In this document: piece after piece, positions 9,369-17,505 of the stretch
Numbering within the stretch: position 1 is the stretch's first letter
Layout of the letters: every line of letters starts with the position of its first letter
Virus record (IMG/VR): IMGVR_UViG_3300046535_001869
Location: 32,001 to 96,000 of that record
Source: a virus
Reading direction: 5' to 3' (one strand)
DNA length: 64,000 nt
The notes under the pieces: model-generated
Told to the model about the DNA's origin: nothing
Seen by the model: only the letters and a program-made list of their open reading frames with translations
Database searches by the model: none
Program-made: the position numbers and the translations under genes

Positions 9369-9607
9369 CTCTTGGCTAGCGCCCGGAGGTGCTCGACGAT
9401 GTCATCGCAGGCCTGCGCCCCTCCGGCGGTCGTCTCCTCGTGGTCCTTGTAGCGCAGCACCACCAGCGCCGCCTGGGTCAGGACTCGGTCAGCGGTCTCG
9501 TGGGAGAATAATATCCACGAGTCTGGCCCAAGATCGCGGCTCAGGTCGGGCACGGTTACCTCCACTTGACGAACTTGCGTTCGAATCCTAGCGCGTGGGC
9601 CACCCAC
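9350..9607 (-). CDS. hypothetical protein (true start probably near 9566)
   Basis: Fills the - strand chain. Confidence 0.45.
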   Translation of the reverse strand: MGGPRARIRTQVRQVEVTVPDLSRDLGPDSWILFSHETADRVLTQAALVVLRYKDHEETTAGGAQACDDIVEHLRALAKRWGVTL

Positions 9608-9867
9608 GTCACGGTCAGGTTCTGTGGCCGGCGCGTCTTACCGCTCAGCCAGTTGGCAATCGTCGAGTAACCCAGGTGGACCGTGTTGTGCGACGCGTCG
9701 AGCACGTCCTCGATGATGTCGCCGATCGACTTGCCCGAGTCGGTGATCATCCGGGTGATCTCGTCGAGCACCGGGTCACGGTCGACGAACCTATACCCGC
9801 GGTCGCGCTTCAGGTGACCCAGGTTACGGGCCTTTGGGCGAAGTTCCTGTACGTTTGATCTAGTCAT
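9556..9867 (-). CDS. XRE-like HTH DNA-binding protein
   Basis: LGYSTIANWLSGKTRRPQNLTVTWVAHALG. Confidence 0.7.
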   Translation of the reverse strand: MTRSNVQELRPKARNLGHLKRDRGYRFVDRDPVLDEITRMITDSGKSIGDIIEDVLDASHNTVHLGYSTIANWLSGKTRRPQNLTVTWVAHALGFERKFVKWR

Positions 9868-9883
9868 CGTCTGTTTTCCCTGT

Positions 9884-10225
9884 CTATCTGTTGTACTTCT
9901 TGGCCAACCCCGGGCTACCGTAGACGCCGCCTTCCAGGAGCGGGAAGAAGGCGTGCGGGTTGGCCAGATCGCGCTGGTACTGCGCGTTGAGGAAGTCCTG
10001 ACCGTCGCCGTAGTCGTCCAAGTCCTCGATCGCGCGGCGTGGACGCCGATCCGCGATTGGTCCGCGCCCGTATTCGTCGAGCGTTCTTGCTAGCGTCGAC
10101 GTCCTCTCGGATATTCGGCGTCGTTTTCGCAGGATCATTCGCAACGTGTTGCGAACATGCTCTTCGGTCATCTCGCCGACGGCGATGCGGCGCCCGTCGC
10201 GGGTCGTCCAGTACTCGTCGTCCAT
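9884..10225 (-). CDS. hypothetical protein
   Basis: WTTRDGRRIAVGEMTEEHVRNTLRMI phage-type motif. Confidence 0.65.
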   Translation of the reverse strand: MDDEYWTTRDGRRIAVGEMTEEHVRNTLRMILRKRRRISERTSTLARTLDEYGRGPIADRRPRRAIEDLDDYGDGQDFLNAQYQRDLANPHAFFPLLEGGVYGSPGLAKKYNR

Positions 10226-10226
10226 C

Positions 10227-10538
10227 TCAGCACCCTAGCGTGGCGAACAGCGTCTCGACGTTGCCGTCCCACGGACGCGCGACGCACCCCGGGTCGTGAC
10301 TCGCAGCAGCCAGGAATAGGCCCAGTGCGAAGGCGAAGGCGACCGCAGCGGGGACCACCATCGAGCACAGGGACGGGAACGCGCGGCCGAACGCTTCGAC
10401 CTCGCCGAGAGGGTCGGTGTAGCGCAGCGCCGCACGCTCCGCCGCCTCGATCCGGACGAACGACGGGTGCGCGTCCTCGGCGTTCTCGGCGCGCAGTGCC
10501 TCGATCCGGCGGAGCTTGGATTGGAGGTTAGGTGCCAT
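10227..10538 (-). CDS. hypothetical membrane protein
   Basis: Start ATG 10538 after GAGG; one TM helix. Confidence 0.55.
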   Translation of the reverse strand: MAPNLQSKLRRIEALRAENAEDAHPSFVRIEAAERAALRYTDPLGEVEAFGRAFPSLCSMVVPAAVAFAFALGLFLAAASHDPGCVARPWDGNVETLFATLGC

Positions 10539-10791
10539 GGTTGTCCGGATCCTCTTCCTTGCACCACTCGGCGATGCCGCGACTGGTATCGGAGAACGAG
10601 TGGTGGTGCGGCGGGCTGTAAGTGACAAGATTGACGATCCGTCGGAACTCCTCGTTGAGGGTAGCCGACCGGACGTCCTGGATGACGCAAGTGATCAGGG
10701 TCTCGTTCATCCCGGCGCGGCGCATCGTCCAGATCGCGTTGCGGCAGTTTAGGAGGAAGCTCTGGTCTGGGTAGGGCGGAGGCTCGGTCAT
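10528..10791 (-). CDS. hypothetical protein, paralog of 14729-14956
   Basis: GGAGGGAG RBS; CRNAIWTMRRAGMNET...VRSATLNEEF. Confidence 0.65.
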   Translation of the reverse strand: MTEPPPYPDQSFLLNCRNAIWTMRRAGMNETLITCVIQDVRSATLNEEFRRIVNLVTYSPPHHHSFSDTSRGIAEWCKEEDPDNHGT

Positions 10792-10979
10792 TTCTCCCTC
10801 CCAAGAATCTCCGATATGGAAGATCCGCAGTAGGGACAAAAGTAGATCGGCACGGTATACTCGCCGTCGTTCAAGTCCAAGACCATCTGCGGTGGTTCGC
10901 CACCAACCGACGGATGAACCCTGATCGGCGGGTGGTAAAACGGAGCCGACGAACAATTATGAGCGATCGGATCGGTCAA
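10788..10979 (-). CDS. small Zn-ribbon protein
   Basis: TTG start behind the CCGAGGAGAGATCTC leader; IYFCPYCG. Confidence 0.6.
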   Translation of the reverse strand: MTDPIAHNCSSAPFYHPPIRVHPSVGGEPPQMVLDLNDGEYTVPIYFCPYCGSSISEILGREK

Positions 10980-11007
10980 TGAGATCTCTCCTCGGTTGGT
11001 ATGACCA

Positions 11008-11036
11008 GTTATACGCGCGATCCTGCGAAAAGTAAA
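11008..11036 (-). promoter_or_regulatory. phage early promoter, copy 3 (TTTACT-17-TATAAC)
   Basis: Repeat-family match. Confidence 0.8.
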
Positions 11037-11039
11037 CTA

Positions 11040-11270
11040 CTAATTCTGGTCGCGCGCCTCGGCGATCGCCTCTGCGGCCTCGTCCAGGGTCCCGGCGATC
11101 AGGCGGTCGAGGCTATCCTGCCCGACCGGCGGCGGGCGCAGCTTGGCCCGCTTGCGCAGGCGGACGGCGTACCACGTCAGCGCCTCGCGCATAGGCCCGA
11201 GCATGTACGCCGGCAGGACCACGGTCACCGGGGTGTGGTCGCGGGTGTCGGTCACGGCAGTGGCATCCAT
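11040..11270 (-). CDS. hypothetical protein
   Basis: - strand chain ORF. Confidence 0.5.
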   Translation of the reverse strand: MDATAVTDTRDHTPVTVVLPAYMLGPMREALTWYAVRLRKRAKLRPPPVGQDSLDRLIAGTLDEAAEAIAEARDQN

Positions 11271-11632
11271 AGCATCGGCTCCTCTCCATCATCGGTGAAG
11301 TCGTCGTTCGAGTGGGTAATCCAGCGGTTCGCCTTGTACGTCGTTCCCCAACGACCGACGTGGGCGCGCAGCGGCGTTGTGGTGTATCCGCTCGGCCCGG
11401 CAAGGAGGACGAAGGTCCCGTCGCGCGGCGCGGTCTCGATTGAGAGCCAGTTTGCGCGGTTCAGCGCATCGATGATCATCTGCGGCGAGTCGGGATCGCC
11501 GCGCGTCGTCCAGGCGATGATGGCCGGATCGGTCCCGGACATCGGATCTTCGTGGTCCTCGATAGCCCTGGCGTCGCGCCATGGCTCGATCCTTGGGTTT
11601 CGGTCTCCCAGGCGATATCTCAGGTTAGACAT
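11252..11632 (-). CDS. DUF551-like phage protein
   Basis: WLSIETAPRDGT...PMLWMPLP; start ATG 11632 after GAGGAGG. Confidence 0.65.
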   Translation of the reverse strand: MSNLRYRLGDRNPRIEPWRDARAIEDHEDPMSGTDPAIIAWTTRGDPDSPQMIIDALNRANWLSIETAPRDGTFVLLAGPSGYTTTPLRAHVGRWGTTYKANRWITHSNDDFTDDGEEPMLWMPLP

Positions 11633-12551
11633 TAACGAACCTCCTCGCGTTGAGCATCCGGTAGCCACGGACCAGCTCCTCGATCCCGCGGTCGAGGTCC
11701 TCAATAAGAGCAAATCCAGCTTGGTATAGTCGTTCTCCAGAGACCGCATAGTCGCGCTTGTCCGGGTCCTGGCGCAGCTCAGCCTCGTGATAGATGAAAC
11801 CTGGAACGTGGGTCGCAATGATCTCAACGAGCTGTCGCTTCGTAACGTTACCACCAACGACGTTGAACGCCCGACTGCCCATCGCTCCATAATTCTCCGC
11901 TGCATGGATAAACGCCCGCGCCACGTCACGCACATGAACCACCGACCGCCGGTGGTGGGCCTCGAATAGCGTCACCGAACCGTCGGTCACGGCACGGTGG
12001 ACGAAGTCGTTTACGAGCAGATCAATTCTCATCTTTGGCGACATCCCGAAGACGGTCGCGAGCCGCAGTGATACGCCACCGAGCTCGAGAACCCGCTCCT
12101 CGGCCTCGCACTTCGTCGTGCCATAGAGCGAGACCGGCCGTAGCGGGGTATCCTCGTCGCACGGCTTGTTGGACCCGGACGCGCCATACCCAGAGTTTGT
12201 GTTCGGATATATGATACGCTGGTCCTTCGACAGGATCTTGGTAAGCCCGAGGATCGCGCCCAGGTTGACGTCGCGCGCGGCCCATGGGTCGGCAGCGCAC
12301 GCCGACGCACCGACGATAGCTGCCAGAGGCACGACTACGTCGACCTTGGCAACTAGCTCCGCGACCAGACGCAGATCACGCACGTCGCCGCGGACCGGGG
12401 TGAAGATCGGGTACTGGCAGCAAGCGGCCAGGGACGGGCTGGCGGCGCTGAACCTGTCCAGGACGGTGACCGCGTGCCCCGCGCGGAGGAGCTCCGGGAC
12501 GAGGATGGAGCCGATGTAGCCAGCGCCTCCGGTGATCAGATAGCGGGTCAT
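11625..12551 (-). CDS. NAD-dependent nucleotide-sugar epimerase/dehydratase/reductase (extended SDR)
   Basis: ITGGAGYIGS, YGTTK (YxxxK), LRLATVFG, VHVRDVARA. Confidence 0.9.
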   Translation of the reverse strand: MTRYLITGGAGYIGSILVPELLRAGHAVTVLDRFSAASPSLAACCQYPIFTPVRGDVRDLRLVAELVAKVDVVVPLAAIVGASACAADPWAARDVNLGAILGLTKILSKDQRIIYPNTNSGYGASGSNKPCDEDTPLRPVSLYGTTKCEAEERVLELGGVSLRLATVFGMSPKMRIDLLVNDFVHRAVTDGSVTLFEAHHRRSVVHVRDVARAFIHAAENYGAMGSRAFNVVGGNVTKRQLVEIIATHVPGFIYHEAELRQDPDKRDYAVSGERLYQAGFALIEDLDRGIEELVRGYRMLNARRFVNV

Positions 12552-12688
12552 TTAACAATCCTCCTTAGGGCAACGCCTATCGAAATAGCTAATGATATCA
12601 TAGCTAGTGGACAGAAATACAAAAAGCCATCACACCACCAAGGAAAATCCGGAAGACAACCATTCCATATCCAAATAATCCAATTCAT
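12548..12688 (-). CDS. 46 aa AT-rich membrane peptide (not in the ORF track)
   Basis: MNWIIWIWNGCLPDFPWWCDGFLYFCPLAMISLAISIGVALRRIVK; ATGA overlaps at both ends. Confidence 0.5.
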   Translation of the reverse strand: MNWIIWIWNGCLPDFPWWCDGFLYFCPLAMISLAISIGVALRRIVK

Positions 12689-12867
12689 TTTACCATCTGC
12701 CTTAACCTCCGCGCGGCCTCTCGCGCCTGGCTCGGCGGGCCGTACTGCGACCCGCGCGACGACTGGTTCGGGACCGGCTCGCGCGGCTGGGCTAGCCTGG
12801 CGCTGCGCGCTCGGCGGAACGACGCGCGGTGCTCGTTGCCGGGTCGGGGTTCTTGGGTTTGGGTCAT
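12685..12867 (-). CDS. small basic hypothetical protein
   Basis: GAGGGAG RBS. Confidence 0.5.
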   Translation of the reverse strand: MTQTQEPRPGNEHRASFRRARSARLAQPREPVPNQSSRGSQYGPPSQAREAARRLRQMVK

Positions 12868-12990
12868 CTATACTCCCTCAGTATGGCCAAGTTTTCGTAC
12901 GATATATACTGCGCGCAATGAAAAATCCGAGCGCGTAACCGAGCGTCATGCCACAGAATATCCCAATCAACAGCGCTTCCTCAGGTCCGA

Positions 12991-13611
12991 TCATAATCTA
13001 AGCTCCCGCCGCGCCCGCTCCAGCTCGGCTGGCGTGCCGATGTCGACGAAGTAGCCATCGAGCCGCACGTCGGCGAACCCGGACGGGTGGCCTGTGATGA
13101 ACTCCTCCAGCGAGAGGGTCTCTGCATCGACGTCGTCGATCACCGAGCGGCGCAGCACGTAGAGGCCGGCGGGGGTACCGTCCCGAAGGCGTGCCACGAG
13201 ACCGGCGACTGGTCCCTTCGGACAACTAAGCCACCCGTTCTTTACCATGTTGAAAAGCGGGCGCGGATCCACGTCGAAGAACGTGTCCCCATTGGCTAGG
13301 ATGAACGTCTCATCGAGGCGATGGCGGGCGTACCATAGCGCGCCGCCGGTCCCGGCGTCCGGGACCGGCTCGATAGCGACGTAGATCGGGACGCCGAGGC
13401 GTCGGTCCGCCTCGCGAGCGTACTCCACTACCTTCATCGCCTCGAAGCCGGCGAGCAGGAGGAAGCGGTCGCACCCGTGGTCGCGCAGGTGGGCGATGAC
13501 GTGGTCGAGGAACGGTACCCCGCCGACCTCGAGCAGAGGCTTCGGGGTGGAGGCGGTCAGCGCACCGAGGCGGGTGCCCCGGCCACCGACGAGGATCGCG
13601 GCCTGGGTCAT
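12991..13611 (-). CDS. sugar-1-phosphate nucleotidyltransferase (HddC-like)
   Basis: ILVGGRGTRLG, PKPLL, GTGGAL, ANGDT, FVDIGTP. Confidence 0.88.
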   Translation of the reverse strand: MTQAAILVGGRGTRLGALTASTPKPLLEVGGVPFLDHVIAHLRDHGCDRFLLLAGFEAMKVVEYAREADRRLGVPIYVAIEPVPDAGTGGALWYARHRLDETFILANGDTFFDVDPRPLFNMVKNGWLSCPKGPVAGLVARLRDGTPAGLYVLRRSVIDDVDAETLSLEEFITGHPSGFADVRLDGYFVDIGTPAELERARRELRL

Positions 13612-13783
13612 CTCCCATACTCCCCGAACGGCCCGCGCGGCTCCTCGGGGTCTGGGTGCATGGTCAACTCGGCGAACACGTCGCGGTAGTCGACGTCGTC
13701 GAACTCCGCGGCGCGCGGGTCGTACTCGACGATGTTCGGGATGACGTTCCCGAACGGGAAGGGGTGGGTCTTAGTCCGGCGCA

Positions 13784-13966
13784 TCATGGCTTCACCTGCG
13801 CCGCACGGATCTCATCCTTCAACTTACGCCAGCGTTTCGCCGCGCGCATATATCGCATCATCAGGTCATCTGGGACCTCTGCGTGATCGAACCCGCCGTA
13901 GCCGTCGTCGCTCTTGGACGCGACCGGCTCCATCTCGCCGTCTAGGTAGTCCCACTGTATCTTCAT
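13784..13966 (-). CDS. hypothetical protein
   Basis: CCGAGGAGAAACCTCATG leader. Confidence 0.65.
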   Translation of the reverse strand: MKIQWDYLDGEMEPVASKSDDGYGGFDHAEVPDDLMMRYMRAAKRWRKLKDEIRAAQVKP

Positions 13967-13982
13967 GAGGTTTCTCCTCGGG

Positions 13983-14327
13983 TTAATTCAGCTCTTGCGC
14001 TGATCCCAGAAATTCCGCCACCGTACGGCAACGGGACATGGAGGTAAAGTAATCTAGATGGCGTTCCATGCCATCTGGACCTGATCGGCTGACTCTAGCC
14101 ATTTCAATCTCGCCGTTGTCAGTGCGCGAGACCTCGGTACCGACGTATACTCCCAACCTTCTGTAGAAGTATTCTGCCTCGAGCGGAGTGCGCATACCTG
14201 CGGGAGCTGTTATAGTAAATTCGCAGGTTCGATTACCGTAACTTAACAGCACCCAGCTGCGGGCCTGGACGGTCGCGGTGGTTAAGACAAGAGCGGTCGC
14301 TGTAGCCGCAATGAGCTTGGTAAACAC
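13983..14327 (-). CDS. exported protein with signal peptide
   Basis: GTG behind the CCGAGGAGAGACCTCA leader; FTKLIAATATALVLTTATVQA signal peptide; lower GC. Confidence 0.65.
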   Translation of the reverse strand: MFTKLIAATATALVLTTATVQARSWVLLSYGNRTCEFTITAPAGMRTPLEAEYFYRRLGVYVGTEVSRTDNGEIEMARVSRSGPDGMERHLDYFTSMSRCRTVAEFLGSAQELN

Positions 14328-14372
14328 TGAGGTCTCTCCTCGGGTTTGGGGTTCAGCTATCTCCTCTGGGGA

Positions 14373-14732
14373 TTAAGTTAAACGTTCTTTGGCTGCCGGA
14401 TCATCCGGCTCGTTGCTGTCGTCGTAGTTGTACGGGGACGGCTCGGCGTCGTGGTACCTGGCGAACACCACCCGGTCGATCGCCGGGGCGATCTCGCGCG
14501 CGGCGCGCTGGTCCCAGACGTAATGAGTAACGTCGGGCTCGCCGAAGACGCGGACCGCGTTCTCCCACTGCTGGGGATCGCGAAATCCGACGAAGTGCGT
14601 CGCGGGGCGGACGCCGTCCATCAGCAGATCGAGCAGCGTGGCGCCGGTAGACTTGCAGCAGCGCCGGGCGCAGGCGCCGGCCGTCGCGCAATCGCTGGCG
14701 TCTATGGGGCAGATCGGGCTAGGTTTAGTCAT
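14373..14732 (-). CDS. hypothetical protein
   Basis: HFVGFR...AVRVFGEPD..H..WDQRA...YDDSN phage-type motif. Confidence 0.6.
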   Translation of the reverse strand: MTKPSPICPIDASDCATAGACARRCCKSTGATLLDLLMDGVRPATHFVGFRDPQQWENAVRVFGEPDVTHYVWDQRAAREIAPAIDRVVFARYHDAEPSPYNYDDSNEPDDPAAKERLT

Positions 14733-14956
14733 CCCTCGTACTTCCTAGCTATGTCCATCATCGCGCCGTGCGACAGGTGCGTCGGTGGATTCGTCCTCAC
14801 TAGCTCCTGGAGCCTGAAGAACTCCTGGCTGAGCGCGGCGGACCGGATCGTGGTCAGGACGACCGCGATCCGGGTCTCGTTCATGCCCTCCTCGCGCATC
14901 ATCTCGATCGCGGTCCGGCAGCGGGAGACGAAGATGGCGTCATCGGCGGTGATCAT
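14729..14956 (-). CDS. hypothetical protein, paralog of 10528-10791
   Basis: CRTAIEMMREEGMNET...IRSAALSQEF. Confidence 0.65.
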   Translation of the reverse strand: MITADDAIFVSRCRTAIEMMREEGMNETRIAVVLTTIRSAALSQEFFRLQELVRTNPPTHLSHGAMMDIARKYEG

Positions 14957-14961
14957 AACGA

Positions 14962-15357
14962 CTACCCACGATCCTCGAGATAGCCGATCAGGTCCGCGCA
15001 GAGGCGGTTCCAGCCGCGCTCGGCGTCCTCGGCGGGGATGGTGATGTCGGCCCTCGGGTCGATCGCGAGGACCGCCTGGGCGACGCGCTTCAGCGACAGG
15101 CGTAGGATGGCGAGCTCGTGGGCCGAGGTGCGGCCTATCAACTCGGCCGTCTTACGGTCTTTCCCGGCCGCCCACGCGGCGTGGGCCAGCGGGGCGCGGT
15201 TATACGGGGTCGCGCGACCACCGTGGTGATAGCCGCGCCGGTAGGCCGAGGTCAGCCCGGTACCCGCGGGGTTATCCAGCTCGGGGATCTCGGTCTTCGC
15301 GATATAGACCGCGTAGACCTTCTCCTGGCCGGGATAGGCGAAGGTTCGATTATTCAT
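14962..15357 (-). CDS. hypothetical protein
   Basis: Start ATG 15357 behind the CGAGGAGAGACCTC leader. Confidence 0.65.
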   Translation of the reverse strand: MNNRTFAYPGQEKVYAVYIAKTEIPELDNPAGTGLTSAYRRGYHHGGRATPYNRAPLAHAAWAAGKDRKTAELIGRTSAHELAILRLSLKRVAQAVLAIDPRADITIPAEDAERGWNRLCADLIGYLEDRG

Positions 15358-15569
15358 GAGGTCTCTCCTCGTATGCGCTCCCAGAGCCGGCGCAGCGCGC
15401 GGATCCACCGCGGATAGCGCAGCTCGCTCAGATCGTGGCAGTATTGGCGCAGGTGCGCTTCCTTGACGCCCGCGACGTTGCGCTGGTGGGCCGCATCGAC
15501 CGCGCGCCACTCGGCCGGGGTCCTCGGGTAGGAGCCGCCGTTGAGCTTCGCGTAGTATTCGGCGCTCAC
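15354..15569 (-). CDS. hypothetical protein
   Basis: GTGA-coupled start at 15569. Confidence 0.5.
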   Translation of the reverse strand: MSAEYYAKLNGGSYPRTPAEWRAVDAAHQRNVAGVKEAHLRQYCHDLSELRYPRWIRALRRLWERIRGETS

Positions 15570-15778
15570 GACCCGCGCTCCAGCTCGGCGAGCATCTCGA
15601 CGACGCGGTCGAGGACCACGTGGTACGGCGCGTCGATCACGACGCGATGGACCTGGGTCCCGGCGACGAAGCGCCGGCCCTCGTAGTGGGCCGCGGTGCG
15701 AACCGCGACGGCGATCCCGATCGGGGTGTCGCTCACGGTCGCGCGGTAGGCGGCGCTCGGGGAGAGGACGGTGGTCAT
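15566..15778 (-). CDS. hypothetical protein
   Basis: AGGGGA RBS. Confidence 0.55.
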   Translation of the reverse strand: MTTVLSPSAAYRATVSDTPIGIAVAVRTAAHYEGRRFVAGTQVHRVVIDAPYHVVLDRVVEMLAELERGS

Positions 15779-15789
15779 CGCCTGATCCC

Positions 15790-16008
15790 CTAATAGAAAC
15801 TATTGTAGATCGTCTTACAGCCGCCGCGTGGGCCGACAAAGACGCACTCATGATATTCGACCTTGAAGCCGGGTTGGCTGTAGGTACGGGTCACACTCAG
15901 CGTATCTGTACCGCCAACCCGGTCCACCTCGTAACTGCGAAGCTCGTAGTTACCACCGTACGGTACGAGCCTGAGGTTATGTACGATTTCGATTTGACGG
16001 TCGGTCAT
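15790..16008 (-). CDS. hypothetical protein
   Basis: Start ATG 16008 behind the conserved leader; FVGPRGG. Confidence 0.65.
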   Translation of the reverse strand: MTDRQIEIVHNLRLVPYGGNYELRSYEVDRVGGTDTLSVTRTYSQPGFKVEYHECVFVGPRGGCKTIYNSFY

Positions 16009-16034
16009 GAGGTATCTCCTCGGTTGGTAGGGGT

Positions 16035-16063
16035 AGTATCGCGCCATTGCAGCGAAAAGTAAA
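16035..16063 (-). promoter_or_regulatory. phage early promoter, copy 4 (TTTACT-17-GATACT)
   Basis: Near-identical over about 65 bp to 2965-3030. Confidence 0.8.
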
Positions 16064-16083
16064 CCCCTATTTTGCCCGAATTT

Positions 16084-16395
16084 TCAGTCGACCCGGGAGA
16101 CCTCAAACGAACCATCGGGCTGGACGACCGCGAGCCAAGAGCAGTCGTAGAACCGGATCACCTCGTCGCGCAGGCGCGTCTCGGCCAGGACCGCGAGCGG
16201 GTCATCGCCTGGGTACGACAGGCGACCGTCCGCGAGCATCTTGAACTTCGGTATCGGCCGCCATCCGCCGCCGTGGCGGTAGTTCTCGTCGATCTGTTCG
16301 CGCGCCGGGCGCGAGTCGCGTTCGTCGAGGAACGCGGGGACCAGACCGAGGAGGTCCATCGACGCGCTCGGGTGCCTCATGATCCATTTCATCAT
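16084..16395 (-). CDS. hypothetical phage protein
   Basis: AAGGA RBS; YRHGGGW...YPGDDP...DGSFEVSRVD. Confidence 0.7.
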   Translation of the reverse strand: MMKWIMRHPSASMDLLGLVPAFLDERDSRPAREQIDENYRHGGGWRPIPKFKMLADGRLSYPGDDPLAVLAETRLRDEVIRFYDCSWLAVVQPDGSFEVSRVD

Positions 16396-16450
16396 GGTTT
16401 TCCTTTTATTTGAGGTTCAAACCAAGGTTGGCCAGACCAGTTGTTGATTC

Positions 16451-16789
16451 TTAACGTTTTATGGGTGGCCGATCCTGCGCCCGGAACATGGCCGTCCAGA
16501 CGTCCGAGTAGGCGTCGTGGCGCCGGTGGTCGCGTGGCGCGACCGTATTCTTAAAGTTCGGATAGTCGATCTCGTTGATCCGATCGGCCATCTCGGCCCA
16601 GACCTCGTAACGCGGGACCAGCGCCCGGTAGCGATAGTCCTTCTGCGGGGTCGTCGAGACCCTCGCAGAGGGGAACACACGCCGGATGTCGCCCTTGAAG
16701 CGGGCGCGGACTAGGAGCTGGTCTCCGGTCAGGTCGTCGTCGGGCGCGACAATCGAGAACATCGCGTCGGAGAGGAAGATCCACATCAC
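16451..16789 (-). CDS. conserved hypothetical protein
   Basis: MWIF...FSIV...LLVRAR...DYRYRA...IDYPNFK. Confidence 0.7.
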   Translation of the reverse strand: MMWIFLSDAMFSIVAPDDDLTGDQLLVRARFKGDIRRVFPSARVSTTPQKDYRYRALVPRYEVWAEMADRINEIDYPNFKNTVAPRDHRRHDAYSDVWTAMFRAQDRPPIKR

Positions 16790-17106
16790 GGCACCCGCGC
16801 CGCGCGCAGCGCCGCCTCGTAGGCGTCGATCCCGCCCGCGTGCGCCTCGTCGAGGAGGCGCGCGACGGTGCGCTCCGTGAAGGGAATCGAGTCGCCAGCG
16901 CGGCCCATCGACGAGAAGCGCAGCGCGCCGTTCTTGCCGACGTAGACGCGATGGCGCAGCAGGTCCTCCTGCGGCTTGAGGAGGCTCCGCGTCTCGGCGG
17001 TCGGCCTGAAGACGACCTTCTTCGTCACGTGGGTCGCGGTGTCGACGACGTAGCCGCGCGCGAGGAGCGCGGTGGTCAGGAGCTGCTGGCGGGTGGGCTT
17101 GGGCAT
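16786..17106 (-). CDS. hypothetical protein
   Basis: Start ATG 17106 behind CCGAGGAGAGACCTC. Confidence 0.65.
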   Translation of the reverse strand: MPKPTRQQLLTTALLARGYVVDTATHVTKKVVFRPTAETRSLLKPQEDLLRHRVYVGKNGALRFSSMGRAGDSIPFTERTVARLLDEAHAGGIDAYEAALRAARVP

Positions 17107-17123
17107 GAGGTCTCTCCTCGGTT

Positions 17124-17300
17124 TCAAAGTCCAGCTTCGATGGCGCTGAGGATCTCGCGAGCCCAGCGCTTGACCTTCGGCTCGTACTCGCCGGTGATGA
17201 AGTGCTCGGTCAGATCGCGCGCGTGGCGCAGGGCCTCCTCCTGGCGGATCAACTTCTGACCGACGAGCTCGTCCTGGAGGTCGTGACGGGTGGTCTTCAT
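17124..17300 (-). CDS. hypothetical protein
   Basis: Start ATG 17300 behind CCGAGGAGATACCTC. Confidence 0.65.
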   Translation of the reverse strand: MKTTRHDLQDELVGQKLIRQEEALRHARDLTEHFITGEYEPKVKRWAREILSAIEAGL

Positions 17301-17327
17301 GAGGTATCTCCTCGGATTGGTAGGGGT

Positions 17328-17356
17328 AGTATCGCGCCGTTGCGGCGAAAAGTAAA
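17328..17356 (-). promoter_or_regulatory. phage early promoter, copy 5 (TTTACT-17-GATACT)
   Basis: Repeat-family match. Confidence 0.8.
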
Positions 17357-17505
17357 CCCCTAATTTCGCGATCTTGGAAGATTTCTGCGGAGCCCGAGCT
17401 CGAACCGCACAAGCGGCGCGTGCCACCACGGCAGCGGGCCAAACGTGCGCTGCCACGCGGCGCGGGTCTCGGCCTGCCGCCAGATCCGGCGCCAGTCGAG
17501 CCGGC

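Noticed and set aside
2965-17365. Repeated ~65-bp units as a CRISPR array or attachment sites
   Set aside because: The copies are kilobases apart with no regular spacers, and no cas or integrase gene is present. They resolve into promoter plus RBS.
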